Part shown: one piece after another, positions 9,828 through 19,886 of the stretch
How positions within the stretch are numbered: the first letter of the stretch is position 1
How the letters are laid out: each line of letters opens with the position of its first letter
From: an uncultured Candidatus Binatia bacterium
GTDB taxonomy: Bacteria; Desulfobacterota; Binatia; UBA9968; JAJDTQ01
NCBI GenBank assembly: GCA_965215605.1
Contig: OZ244070.1
Span: 3,680,001-3,744,000, forward strand
Direction of reading: 5' to 3'
Length of the DNA stretch: 64,000 nt
Translations under genes and position numbers: made by a program
Notes under the pieces: generated by a model
Database searches by the model: none
What the model was told of the DNA's origin: nothing
The model's input: only the letters and a program-made list of their open reading frames with translations

Positions 9828-11096
9828 ATGAAACAGCAGATCAAGACGGCGGAGTGGAAAAGCGCGGACGACTCGTTCGACGTGGCCCGCGTGCGGGAAG
9901 ATTTCCCGATCCTGGGCGAAACCGTTCACGGAAAACCCCTGGTCTATCTGGACAATGCCGCCACCGCCCAGAAGCCCCGGGCGGTGATCCAGCGGCTCGC
10001 GCGGTACTACGAAACGGAAAATTCCAACATCCATCGGGGCGTGCACCGCCTGAGCGAGATCGCCACGCGCGCCTATGAGGATACCAGGTCCACCGTCAGG
10101 GGATTTCTCAACGCCGCCGAGGAGCGGGAGATCGTGTTCGTGCGGGGCACCACCGAGGCCATCAATCTCGTGGCCCGCTGTTACGGCGGGAGCCGTCTAC
10201 GACCCGGGGACGAGGTCGTCATCTCGGCCATGGAACACCACTCCAACATCGTCCCCTGGCAGCTCATCTGCGAGGAGAAGGGCGCCACGCTGCGGGTCAT
10301 CCCGGTGGATGATGACGGCGACATCGTCATGGAAGAGTACCGCCGGATGTTGAGCGACAAGACCCGCATGGTGGCCTTGCCCCACGTCTCCAATGCGCTG
10401 GGCACCGTGAACCCCATCAAGGAGATGATCGCGGCGGCCCACGCGGCCGGCGCTCCGGTGCTTGTCGACGGAGCCCAGGGTGCCCCCCACGCCAACGTGG
10501 ACGTCCGGGACCTCGATTGCGATTTCTACGCTTTTTCCAGCCACAAGCTCTACGGCCCCACCGGCATCGGCGTGCTGTACGGCAAGGCCGCTCTGTTGGA
10601 GGACATGCCTCCCTACCAGGGCGGCGGCGACATGATCCTGTCAGTCAGCTTCGAGCATACCGAATACAACGCACTGCCTTACAAGTTCGAGGCCGGAACT
10701 CCTCACATCGCCGGGGTCATCGGTCTGGGGGCGGCGGTGGAATATCTTGCGCACCTGGGCGTGGAGGCGGTGGCCGCGCACGAGGACCGGGTGGCCGCCT
10801 ATGCCGTGGAGCGCTTGCAGAGCGTTCCCGGCGTGCGGCTGGTGGGAACGCCGGCACGCCGGGCGTCGCTGGTTTCGTTCGTTCTCGGCGAGGTGCACGC
10901 CCACGACGTCGGCACCATCCTGGATCAGGAGGGGGTCGCGGTGAGGACGGGGCATCACTGCGCCATGCCGGTAATGGATCGGTTCGGCGTCCCCGCCACC
11001 GTGCGCGCGTCCTTCGCCTGCTACAACACCGAGGCCGAGGTGGACGCCCTCGTGGAAGGGCTGGAGAAGGTACGGAGGATATTCGCCCGTGTCTGA
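9828..11096 (+). CDS. sufS: SufS-type cysteine desulfurase
   Basis: YLDNAAT, MEHHSN, SSHKLYGPTG (PLP Lys), RTGHHCA (catalytic Cys). Confidence 0.96.
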   Translation: MKQQIKTAEWKSADDSFDVARVREDFPILGETVHGKPLVYLDNAATAQKPRAVIQRLARYYETENSNIHRGVHRLSEIATRAYEDTRSTVRGFLNAAEEREIVFVRGTTEAINLVARCYGGSRLRPGDEVVISAMEHHSNIVPWQLICEEKGATLRVIPVDDDGDIVMEEYRRMLSDKTRMVALPHVSNALGTVNPIKEMIAAAHAAGAPVLVDGAQGAPHANVDVRDLDCDFYAFSSHKLYGPTGIGVLYGKAALLEDMPPYQGGGDMILSVSFEHTEYNALPYKFEAGTPHIAGVIGLGAAVEYLAHLGVEAVAAHEDRVAAYAVERLQSVPGVRLVGTPARRASLVSFVLGEVHAHDVGTILDQEGVAVRTGHHCAMPVMDRFGVPATVRASFACYNTEAEVDALVEGLEKVRRIFARV

Positions 11097-11541
11097 TCTC
11101 ACGGATCTTTACCAGGAGCTGATTCTGGACCATAACCGCCGGCCCCGCAATTTCGGGTCGCTGACGGAGGCCAATCGAAGCGCAAAGGGGGTCAACCCCC
11201 TTTGCGGCGACAAGGTTGCCGTTCATCTGCGCGTGGAAGACGAAGAAGTGAAGGAGATCCGCTTCGAAGGCACGGGTTGCGCCATTTCCATCGCCTCGGC
11301 GTCGGTCATGACCGAAAGCCTGAAGCGGCGGACCTGCAGCGACGCCAGGGATCTCTTCGAGCGTTTTCATCGGATGGTGGCGGTTGATGACGGCCCGGCG
11401 TCGCGTCCCCCGGAAATGGGCAAGCTGGCGGCGTTCGCGGGGGTGCGGGACTATCCGGCCCGCGTCAAGTGCGCTACGCTGGCGTGGCACACGTTGCGCG
11501 CGGCCTTGGATGGTGACGCAAAGGCCATAAGCACCGAATAG
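11089..11541 (+). CDS. sufU: SufU sulfur-transfer protein
   Basis: LYQELILDH, NPLCGD, GCAIS, PARVKCATLAW. Confidence 0.93.
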   Translation: MSDLTDLYQELILDHNRRPRNFGSLTEANRSAKGVNPLCGDKVAVHLRVEDEEVKEIRFEGTGCAISIASASVMTESLKRRTCSDARDLFERFHRMVAVDDGPASRPPEMGKLAAFAGVRDYPARVKCATLAWHTLRAALDGDAKAISTE

Positions 11542-11558
11542 CGGGAGCGAGGCTTCAA

Positions 11559-11882
11559 GTGGAAACGGTCGCGGACCAGAAAGACATGGAAGGGCGGGTG
11601 ATCGAGGCGTTGCAGACATGCTACGATCCCGAGGTTCCCGTCAACATCTATGAAATGGGGTTGATCTATGGCGTGGAGGTGGACCCCCTCGGCAACGTGA
11701 CCGTCTCCATGACCCTCACCGCACCCAACTGCCCCGCCGCCCAATCGCTTCCCATGGAGGTGGAGGAGAAGGCCCGGTCCGTGGACGGCGTCAAGGACGT
11801 CCACGTGGAGATCGTCTGGGAGCCCCCCTGGGACCCCAGCCGCATGTCGGACGCCGCCAAGCTGCAGCTCGGCATGCTGTGA
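11559..11882 (+). CDS. DUF59/SufT-like Fe-S assembly protein
   Basis: YDPEVPVNIYEMGLIY, MTLTAPNCP, WEPPW. Confidence 0.9.
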   Translation: METVADQKDMEGRVIEALQTCYDPEVPVNIYEMGLIYGVEVDPLGNVTVSMTLTAPNCPAAQSLPMEVEEKARSVDGVKDVHVEIVWEPPWDPSRMSDAAKLQLGML

Positions 11883-11908
11883 CACCGCAAAACCCGCCTC
11901 GCATCACG

Positions 11909-13390
11909 ATGGACGAAGTCAACGAGCACGAGCAGATAAAGGTGCGCCGGGACAAGCTGGCGCAGTTGGGGCCGGACCGCCGCCTGGCTTTCCGCAATGA
12001 CTTTCGTCCCAGTCATACCGTCCAGGCCATTCGTAACCGCTACGGCGGTCTCGATCCGCAGGAGTTGGAAGCCTTGTCGGACGAGTTCGCGCTGGCGGGC
12101 CGGATAAGAGCCCTCCGTCCGCACGGCAAAGCCGCGTTCTTCGAGATCGAGGACGCGACCGGGCGGCTGCAGGTCTACGCGCGCAAGGACGGGCTGGGGG
12201 ACGAAGCCTATGAACGGATACGTTCCCTGGACGTGGGCGACATCGCGGGAGTGCGCGGCCGTCTCTTCCGGACCCGCACCAACGAGCTTACGATCCAGGC
12301 CGGAGCAGCGACGCTGCTGACCAAGTGTATCCGGCCCCTGCCCGAGAAGTGGCACGGTCTCAAGGACGTGGAGACCCGCTACCGTCAGCGGTACGTGGAC
12401 CTGATGGTCAATCCCGAGGTCCGTGAGGTGTTCCGCAACCGCTCCCGGATCATCGGACTCGTGCGCGACTTCCTGCAGCAGCGGGGTTTTCTCGAAGTCG
12501 AGACTCCGATGATGCAGCCCATGGCGGGCGGCGCCGCGGCCAGGCCTTTCGTGACGCACCACAACGCCCTGGACCTGGACCTCTACCTGCGGGTAGCGCC
12601 GGAGCTGTTTCTCAAACGGCTGTTGGTGGGCGGCTTCGATCGCGTATTCGAGCTGAATCGCAACTTTCGCAACGAAGGCCTTTCCACCCGGCACAATCCC
12701 GAGTTCACCATGCTCGAGCTCTATCAGGCCTACGCTGACTACGAGGACATGATGCGGCTTACCGAGGAGCTCTTCGTGATGCTCGCGGAAGAGGTTTGCG
12801 GTGGTCTGCGCATCCCTTGCGGCGACCAGGAGGTGAGCCTGGAGCCGCCGTGGCAGCGGCTTTCCCTGACCGGGGGCGTGGCCCGGCACGCCGGCGTGGA
12901 GGAGTCGGAGCTGGAAACGCTGCAGGGTCTGCGAGCGGTCGCCGACAAGCTCGGGCTCAAGCTCGATCCCAAGCTGGACCGCGGCAAGCTCCTGGTGGAG
13001 CTTTTCGAGCATTTGGTGGAGCCCCGGCTGATCCAGCCCACTTTCGTCGTGGGTTATCCCCTGGAGGTCTCTCCGCTGGCCCGCCGGAACGACGACGACC
13101 CCCGGTTCGTCGATCGTTTCGAGCTATTCATCGGCGGAAGGGAGCTGGCCAACGCATTTTCCGAGCTGAACGACCCCGACGACCAGCGCCGGCGGTTCGA
13201 GGAGCAGGCCGCGGCCCGGCGCGCCGGAGACGATACCGCCAGCGAGGTGGACGAGGATTATGTCCGGGCGCTGGAATACGCCATGCCTCCGGCAGCGGGG
13301 GAAGGCATCGGGATCGATCGGCTGGTGATGCTGTTGACGGACTCGCCCTCGATCCGGGACGTCATCCTGTTTCCGCTCCTGCGTTCCTGA
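11909..13390 (+). CDS. lysS: lysine--tRNA ligase (class II)
   Basis: PLPEKWHGL, RYRQRYVDL, GGAAARPF, FRNEG, HNPEFTMLE, GIGIDRL. Confidence 0.97.
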   Translation: MDEVNEHEQIKVRRDKLAQLGPDRRLAFRNDFRPSHTVQAIRNRYGGLDPQELEALSDEFALAGRIRALRPHGKAAFFEIEDATGRLQVYARKDGLGDEAYERIRSLDVGDIAGVRGRLFRTRTNELTIQAGAATLLTKCIRPLPEKWHGLKDVETRYRQRYVDLMVNPEVREVFRNRSRIIGLVRDFLQQRGFLEVETPMMQPMAGGAAARPFVTHHNALDLDLYLRVAPELFLKRLLVGGFDRVFELNRNFRNEGLSTRHNPEFTMLELYQAYADYEDMMRLTEELFVMLAEEVCGGLRIPCGDQEVSLEPPWQRLSLTGGVARHAGVEESELETLQGLRAVADKLGLKLDPKLDRGKLLVELFEHLVEPRLIQPTFVVGYPLEVSPLARRNDDDPRFVDRFELFIGGRELANAFSELNDPDDQRRRFEEQAAARRAGDDTASEVDEDYVRALEYAMPPAAGEGIGIDRLVMLLTDSPSIRDVILFPLLRS

Positions 13391-13392
13391 CA

Positions 13393-14637
13393 ATGCGTTA
13401 CGAGTTGTTCGTAGGGTTGCGCTATCTCCGGGCCCGACGCAGCGAACGGTTCATCTCCCTGCTCACCCTGATCTCGATCCTCGGGGTCATGATCGCCGTG
13501 GTCACCCTGAACGTGGCCATCGCGGTGATGACCGGATTCGAGGAGGTCTTTCGGGATCGCCTTCTCAGCCTGAATGCCCACGTCGTGCTGGTCGAGCCGG
13601 CAAGCTACCTGACCGGGTACGACGAGCTTGCCAGGCGCCTGGAAGAACGGGACGACGTGACCGCGGCGGCGCCGGCGCTGACCGGCCAGATCATTCTGAC
13701 GTCCGGTCGCCGGGTGTCCGGCGCCGTGGTGCGTGGCATCGACCCGGACCGCGCGCCCGAGGACCTGGAACAATTCCTGCAGCAGGGGCGGCTGGGCGAT
13801 CTGAAGAAGCGCACGCCGGCGGTGGTGGACGGCCGGAACCTCCTCCTTCCGGGCATCATCATCGGCGACCGGCTCGCGACCCGTCTCGGAGTAGGTCAGG
13901 GCGACGCGCTCCAGGCGGTTTCACCCATCGGCAGCCCCACCGCGGTGGGGATCGTTCCGCGGATCAGGCGCTTTGGCGTCGTCGGCATCTTCGACTCGGG
14001 CATGCGCGAATATGACAGCGGTCTCGTCTTTCTGAACCTCCCCGATGCCCAAGGGTTCTTCGGAGTCGGAAAGGTCGCCACCAGCATCGAGATCGCGGTC
14101 GGCGAGGTCGCCGAGGCCCCTGGCATTGCCGCGGAGATTCAGGGCGCGGTGGGCCGGAAATACCTGGTGGAGGATTGGACGCGTCTGTGGCCCAATCTGT
14201 TCGCGGCATTGCGGCTGGAGAAGACCGTGTATTTCCTGGTGTTGTTGCTGATGGTGCTGATCGCGGCATTCAATATCGTCTCGACCCTGATCATGGTGGT
14301 CATGGAAAAGCGCAAGGACATCGCGGTGCTGCGCTCCATGGGCGCGTCCCGCGGCAGCATCCGGCTGATCTTCCTCCTGAAGGGCTGGGTGATCGGCGCC
14401 ATCGGGACGCTGTCCGGCGTGGTCCTGGGCTACGTCCTGGCCCTGTTGTTGCAACGTTACCAATTCATCGAGTTGCCCGAGGACGTCTTTCCCGTCTCCA
14501 CCGTCCCGGTCAGCATCTCGCCGCTTTATTTCGGTCTGGTGGCGCTGGCTTCCTTTGCCATCTGTGTCCTCGCCAGCGTCTATCCGGCGAGACAGGCGAC
14601 CAGGCTGGATCCGGTGGACGTCATCCGGTACGAGTAG
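13393..14637 (+). CDS. lipoprotein-releasing ABC transporter permease (LolC/E family)
   Basis: MRYELFVGLRYL start, AVMTGFE, AAFNIVSTL..V.EKRKDIAVLRSMGA, YPARQA. Confidence 0.92.
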   Translation: MRYELFVGLRYLRARRSERFISLLTLISILGVMIAVVTLNVAIAVMTGFEEVFRDRLLSLNAHVVLVEPASYLTGYDELARRLEERDDVTAAAPALTGQIILTSGRRVSGAVVRGIDPDRAPEDLEQFLQQGRLGDLKKRTPAVVDGRNLLLPGIIIGDRLATRLGVGQGDALQAVSPIGSPTAVGIVPRIRRFGVVGIFDSGMREYDSGLVFLNLPDAQGFFGVGKVATSIEIAVGEVAEAPGIAAEIQGAVGRKYLVEDWTRLWPNLFAALRLEKTVYFLVLLLMVLIAAFNIVSTLIMVVMEKRKDIAVLRSMGASRGSIRLIFLLKGWVIGAIGTLSGVVLGYVLALLLQRYQFIELPEDVFPVSTVPVSISPLYFGLVALASFAICVLASVYPARQATRLDPVDVIRYE

Positions 14638-14643
14638 CGGCGC

Positions 14644-15327
14644 ATGTCGATGCTGGTGGAGATATCCGGACTGAGCAAGTGCTTCGCGGGCGGCGACCGG
14701 CGAGTGGACGTTCTGGCGGATCTGGAGCTGTCGTTGGGGCGTGGCGAGCGGCTGGCGATTACCGGTGAATCGGGAGTCGGCAAGAGCACCCTTCTGTACA
14801 TCATAGGGACCCTGGAGCGTCCCGACCGGGGAACGTTGCGCTACGAGGGACACGATGTCACCGGCTGGAACGATGACGAGCTTTCGCGTTTCCGCAACCG
14901 GACCATCGGCTTCATCTTCCAGTTCCATCACCTGTTGCCTGATTTCAACGCGCTCGAGAACGTCATGATGCCCGCGCTCATCGCACGATGGGACCAGGCC
15001 CGGGCGCGGAGGGCCGCCGGCGACCTGCTGGAGGCCGTAGGCCTCGTGGAGCGGTTCGGACACCGGCCGGGTGAGTTGTCGGGCGGGGAACAACAACGGG
15101 TGGCCATCGCGCGTTCCCTGATTCTCGAGCCGGTGCTCATGCTGGCCGACGAACCCACCGGGAATCTCGATCCGGTAACCGCGGGCGAGATAGAGGATCT
15201 CCTGTGCGAGCTGAACGAGACGCGCGGACTCGCCCTCGTCGTGACCACTCACAACCGCCACTTGGCCCGGCGAATGAACCGGCAAATGGAGTTGCGCGAT
15301 GGCTGCTTGTTCCCGTCGACGGGTTGA
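14644..15327 (+). CDS. lolD: lipoprotein-releasing ABC transporter ATPase
   Basis: [41 protein letters not shown]; follows lolC/E. Confidence 0.92.
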   Translation: MSMLVEISGLSKCFAGGDRRVDVLADLELSLGRGERLAITGESGVGKSTLLYIIGTLERPDRGTLRYEGHDVTGWNDDELSRFRNRTIGFIFQFHHLLPDFNALENVMMPALIARWDQARARRAAGDLLEAVGLVERFGHRPGELSGGEQQRVAIARSLILEPVLMLADEPTGNLDPVTAGEIEDLLCELNETRGLALVVTTHNRHLARRMNRQMELRDGCLFPSTG

Positions 15328-15447
15328 GCAAACCATCGGAGCGGAAGCGCGGAACAGGCCTCCCCATCCGCGGCTGATGCTTTACAACGGCGCGGGAACT
15401 TGTTAGCACGAAACAAGAAACTCAAGTCTTTTCCGTATATTGAACCA

Positions 15448-17817
15448 GTGCTTGTAAACAACCGGAAAATTGCGGCGGTTCTGCTGGCCGCCGCGTGGTG
15501 GCTTGGGGGATGGCACGGTATCTTTGCCGCCGCTTCCGTCGTCAACGAAGTCCGCGTCCAGGGGCACCTCCGAATCGAGGAGGATGCCATCCGGCTCGGC
15601 ATTCAGGTTCAGGAGGGACAACCTTTCGACCCGGAGGCCGTGGACCGGGATGTCAAGGCGATCTACCGGATGGGTTTCTTCGATGACGTGACCGTCGAGT
15701 TCTCCTCGGACGGAGTCCTCACCTATACGGTTGCGGAACGGCCCTACGTCAAGGAGGTGGAGATCCTCGGCAACGACCAGGTGTCGACGGAGGACATCGA
15801 GGCGGCCCTGGGAATGAGGCCACGAACGGCTCTGGATACGGGGCGGCTCCAGGAAGGACTCCAGAGGGTTCTGAGGCTCTATAGCGAGGCCGGACATGTC
15901 AACACGCGGGTGGACTACACGCTGACGCCCGAGGAGAACAATCAGACCATCATTACACTGGCGATCATCGAGGGCGAGACGCTCCTGATCAAGAAGATCA
16001 CCTTCGAGGGGAACAGGGCGTTTACCGAGGACGAGCTCAAGGACGTCATGCAGACCAAGGAGGATTGGATCATCCCGTTCACCAGCCGAGGCCGGCTGGA
16101 TCCGGATGTCCTGACCAACGACATCGCCCTGTTGGCCGCCCTTTACTACGACAACGGCTACATCGACCACAGGATCGACGAGCCCATCGTCCTGACCCGC
16201 GGCAGCGGGCTGGAGGTCGTCATCCGCGTACAAGAAGGTGAGCGTTATCGGGTGGGCGTGGTACAGGTGGGCGGGGAACTCGTGGGCGATCCGGAACGCT
16301 TGCTCGAGCGCCTCAGCATGACGTCCGGGCAGATCTTTCGCGGCAGCCGGGTGCGCAACGACCTGACCGCGCTGCGGCAGCGGTACGCCGACCGGGGATA
16401 CGCCTTCGCGGACATCGCCCCGGTTACCGACGCGAAACCCGCCGACCGCCTGGTGGACGTGACCTTCATGATCAAACGGGGACCGTTGGTCTACTTCGAT
16501 CAGGTGAAGATCGCGGGAAACGTCAAGACCCGGGACAAGGTGATTCGCCGCGAGATGGAGTTCGCGGAGAAGGAGAGGTATTCCTCGAGGAAGATCGTCC
16601 AGAGCCGGAACGCTCTGCTGCGGACCGGCTTCTTCAAGGACGTGACCGTGGAGACCGAGAAGACCGACAGGGAGGATGCGGTCGATCTCTCGGTCAACGT
16701 GGAAGAGGCCCCCACGGGGTCCTTCAGCGTAGGCGCGGGATACAGCACCGCAACGGGGGTCTCCTTTCAGACGTCCCTCGAGGAACGAAACCTGTTCGGA
16801 ACCGGGAGAGGCGCATCCGTGGACCTGTCGTTGAGCGACGCGGATCAGGAGCTCGTTCTCGGCCTGGTGGAACCGAGGGTGTTCGACAGCCGCGTGGACC
16901 TGGAGCTGGACATCTTCCACAGCACCTCCGATTTCAGTACCTGGGACAGCCGGCAAAGCGGTTTCGCCACCCATGTCAGCGCTCCCCTTCGTTACCTGAA
17001 CCTGCCTTTCGTCGGGCGGCGCATAGACAGTCAACGCCAGGAAGAGATCGACGACAACCCCCGGTTTTCGATTCTCGACCATCTTCACGGAGGCATTGGA
17101 TACACCCTGTCCCGCAACAGGATTACCAATGTCCTGTCCACGGCTCCATTGAGCATCGAACCCGGGACTACCATCACCAGCGCCGTTACGCCGAGGCTCT
17201 CGTACGACACGCGCAATCATTTCTTCGTGCCCACCGAGGGAACGCGTTCGGTGATTTCGGCAAAACTCGCGGGACTTGGCGGAGACAACAAGTTCATGCG
17301 CAGCGATGTCGTCATGACGCGGTATTTCCCAGTGTTCAAGGATTACGAGTGGGGCAGGAAGATAGCCCTCGCTGTCGGGGCCCGGGTCGGTTACGCGGCG
17401 TCCTGGACGCGCAGGGAACTGCCGCTTTTCGAACGTTACTACGCGGGCGGAATCGGTTCGGTGCGAGGGTTCGAATATCGCTCGCTGGGGCCGCTGGAAT
17501 GCCCCAGAAACACGCCGAACTGCGTGAACCCATTCAACATCGGGGGCAACAAGCAGCTCCTTGCGAAGGCGGAACTCTATTTCCCCATCCTTGACGAATT
17601 GGGTCTCAGGGGCTCGCTGTTCTTCGATCAAGGGCAGGCGTTCGGAACGTCGCAGAACATCGACATCAAGGCGCTCAAGCGGTCGGTGGGCCTGGGCACC
17701 CAGTGGCTGTCGCCCATCGGTCCAATCAGACTGAGTTGGGCAGTCCCCCTCAACGCGAAGCCGGTGGATGAGAAAGAGGTTCTGGGTTTCACCATCGGTA
17801 GGACAGGGGACCTGTAG
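15448..17817 (+). CDS. bamA: outer membrane protein assembly factor BamA
   Basis: POTRA repeats (GN..T.DKVIRRE), TGSFSVGAGYS, ERNLFGTG, VRGF loop-6 motif, WLSPIGPIRLSWA. Start uncertain (15400-15448). Confidence 0.93.
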   Translation: MLVNNRKIAAVLLAAAWWLGGWHGIFAAASVVNEVRVQGHLRIEEDAIRLGIQVQEGQPFDPEAVDRDVKAIYRMGFFDDVTVEFSSDGVLTYTVAERPYVKEVEILGNDQVSTEDIEAALGMRPRTALDTGRLQEGLQRVLRLYSEAGHVNTRVDYTLTPEENNQTIITLAIIEGETLLIKKITFEGNRAFTEDELKDVMQTKEDWIIPFTSRGRLDPDVLTNDIALLAALYYDNGYIDHRIDEPIVLTRGSGLEVVIRVQEGERYRVGVVQVGGELVGDPERLLERLSMTSGQIFRGSRVRNDLTALRQRYADRGYAFADIAPVTDAKPADRLVDVTFMIKRGPLVYFDQVKIAGNVKTRDKVIRREMEFAEKERYSSRKIVQSRNALLRTGFFKDVTVETEKTDREDAVDLSVNVEEAPTGSFSVGAGYSTATGVSFQTSLEERNLFGTGRGASVDLSLSDADQELVLGLVEPRVFDSRVDLELDIFHSTSDFSTWDSRQSGFATHVSAPLRYLNLPFVGRRIDSQRQEEIDDNPRFSILDHLHGGIGYTLSRNRITNVLSTAPLSIEPGTTITSAVTPRLSYDTRNHFFVPTEGTRSVISAKLAGLGGDNKFMRSDVVMTRYFPVFKDYEWGRKIALAVGARVGYAASWTRRELPLFERYYAGGIGSVRGFEYRSLGPLECPRNTPNCVNPFNIGGNKQLLAKAELYFPILDELGLRGSLFFDQGQAFGTSQNIDIKALKRSVGLGTQWLSPIGPIRLSWAVPLNAKPVDEKEVLGFTIGRTGDL

Positions 17818-17850
17818 GCAACGCGTGAGACGGGAATTCCTTTGGAGGTT

Positions 17851-18384
17851 ATGGTGATCCGAATATTGATGGTTGTTCTGCTGGCAATGACGGCGGGGTC
17901 CGCATGGGGGCAGGAGCTCAAGGTCGGCTTCGTCAACGTCCAAACGGCAATCAGCCAGTCGAAGCGCGGAGAAATGGCCCGGGAGAGCTTCCGGAGCGCT
18001 CTCAAGGACAGACAGGAGGCGCTGCTGCAGGAAAAGCAGGCCATCGAGAAAGAGCGCAGGCAACTGGACAAGCAGGCGGTTCTGATGAAGGAGAATGAAC
18101 GGACGAGAGTCCGTCGCCGCTTGCAGTTGCGCATGAGGGACTACGAGCGGAGGACCAGGGACGTTCAGGAAGAACTCGCTCTCAAAGAGCGGGAAATGAC
18201 CGACGAGATCCTCAAGGACCTTCAGAAGGTCATCGTCGAGGTAGGCAAGACGGGCAAGTTCACGATGATCCTCGAACGGAGCCAACTGCTTTACACGGAC
18301 AAGGGAACGGACATCACCGACGACGTGATCAAGCTTTACAACCAGCGCTTCCAGAACAGCACCACCGGCGACAAGAAAAAGTGA
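17851..18384 (+). CDS. skp: Skp/OmpH periplasmic chaperone
   Basis: Signal peptide, KVGFVNVQ, long coiled coil, DITDDVIK; sits between bamA and lpxD. Confidence 0.9.
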   Translation: MVIRILMVVLLAMTAGSAWGQELKVGFVNVQTAISQSKRGEMARESFRSALKDRQEALLQEKQAIEKERRQLDKQAVLMKENERTRVRRRLQLRMRDYERRTRDVQEELALKEREMTDEILKDLQKVIVEVGKTGKFTMILERSQLLYTDKGTDITDDVIKLYNQRFQNSTTGDKKK

Positions 18385-19436
18385 CGGGCTCGGGGAAATC
18401 GCTTGCCGACCTCGCCGGGCTGGTCGGCGGACGGGTCGTAGGCGACCCCGACGTGATGATCGAAGGGGTCGCTGCCATTGAGGAAGCGGGTCCCGGACAG
18501 ATTACCTTCCTGGCCCACCCACGGTACCGCAGACATCTCGACGCCTGCGCGGCCAGCGCGGTCGTCGTCAGCGACGAGTCGAACCTGCCGGAGACCTTGA
18601 ATCGACTCGAGGTCGAGGATCCCAATCGGGCTTTCGCCAGGATACACGGCCTTTTCAATCCGCCGCCGGCGCACGAACCGGCCATCAGCCCGCTGGCGGT
18701 GATCGATCCCACGGCCGTCATCGGCCCGGACGTGGCCCTCTACCCCCACTGCTACGTCGGCAGGAACGCCCACGTCGGAGAAAAGACCGTGCTCATGCCG
18801 GGCGTGAGCGTCGGGCCGGATGCGCGGATCGGAAGACGCTGCGTGCTCCATCCCCAGGTGACGGTGGCCCACCGCTGCCGCGTCGGCGATGGTGTGACCC
18901 TCCATGCGGGCGTGGTGATAGGCAGCGACGGCTTCGGCTACGCCGGCCACGGGCTGCAAAGGATCAAGGTCCCCCAGGCGGGCATCGTGGAGATCGCGGA
19001 CGACGTGGAGATCGGCGCCAACACGACCGTGGACCGGGCGACCATCGGCAGCACCCGGATCGGCGCCGCCACCAAGATCGACAACCTCGTGCAGATCGGC
19101 CACAACGTCGTCATCGGGGAACGGTGTCTGATCGTCGCCCAGACGGGCATCTCCGGCAGCAGCGTGGTGGGCGACGACGTGATCCTGGCCGGGCAGGTCG
19201 GGGTCGTGGACCACGTGGAGATCGGGGACCGCTCCGTTGTCGGACCGACCAGCACGGTGGTGCAGTCGATCCCTCCCGGGTCCGTGCTTTCCGGCATTAT
19301 CGGGGCCGCGCCGCACAAGCAGTGGCTCAGGGTGATGCGGCTGCTGCCCAAGCTGCCGCTGCTGTGGCGGCGCGTTTCGGAGCTCGAACGCAGTCTCCGT
19401 ACGCTGATGTCACGGGAAGACAAAGGGGTTTCGTAA
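18381..19436 (+). CDS. lpxD: UDP-3-O-acylglucosamine N-acyltransferase
   Basis: Hexapeptide repeats, IGSDGFGY, EIGANTTVDR, KIDNLVQIGHNV. Confidence 0.95.
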   Translation: MTGSGKSLADLAGLVGGRVVGDPDVMIEGVAAIEEAGPGQITFLAHPRYRRHLDACAASAVVVSDESNLPETLNRLEVEDPNRAFARIHGLFNPPPAHEPAISPLAVIDPTAVIGPDVALYPHCYVGRNAHVGEKTVLMPGVSVGPDARIGRRCVLHPQVTVAHRCRVGDGVTLHAGVVIGSDGFGYAGHGLQRIKVPQAGIVEIADDVEIGANTTVDRATIGSTRIGAATKIDNLVQIGHNVVIGERCLIVAQTGISGSSVVGDDVILAGQVGVVDHVEIGDRSVVGPTSTVVQSIPPGSVLSGIIGAAPHKQWLRVMRLLPKLPLLWRRVSELERSLRTLMSREDKGVS

Positions 19437-19440
19437 CGAG

Positions 19441-19869
19441 ATGATGGACGTAACCGAGATAGGCAAGTTGATTCGGCACCGCTACCCGTTTCTGCTGCTG
19501 GATCGAATCGTGGAGCTCGAGCCCGACCGGCGCGTGGTGGGCATCAAGAACGTCACCATCAACGAAGCTTTCTTCCAGGGCCACTTCCCTCAGAAGCCCA
19601 TGATGCCGGGAGTGTTGATCTGTGAAACCATGGCCCAGGCGGCCGCCATTCTCGCGGGATGCAGCCAACAGGACCTCGACAAGGTCTTCGTTCTCACGGG
19701 CCTCGATCGGGTGAAGTTCAAGCACCCCGTGGAACCGGGCGACCAGCTCCGGATCGAGGTGGAGATATCCCGGCGGCGCAAGAGCTACTGGCGTCTGACG
19801 GGGACGGTGGAGGTGGACGGCAAGCGGGTGGCGGAAGCGGAGTTGTCCGCCATGGAGATGTCGGTGTAG
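19441..19869 (+). CDS. fabZ: 3-hydroxyacyl-ACP dehydratase
   Basis: HRYPFLLLDRI, KNVTINE, GHFP..P.MPGVLI.E.MAQ. Confidence 0.95.
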   Translation: MMDVTEIGKLIRHRYPFLLLDRIVELEPDRRVVGIKNVTINEAFFQGHFPQKPMMPGVLICETMAQAAAILAGCSQQDLDKVFVLTGLDRVKFKHPVEPGDQLRIEVEISRRRKSYWRLTGTVEVDGKRVAEAELSAMEMSV

Positions 19870-19886
19870 CGCGAGGGACGGGAAGG

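Noticed and set aside
12796-14637. Apparent N-terminal extensions or fusions in the ORF track (also 22823-25348, 25092-26687, 19659-20663, 55315-55935)
   Set aside because: The extensions overlap upstream real genes in another frame. Family-typical starts lie downstream at 13393, 23606, 25392, 19887 and 55678.
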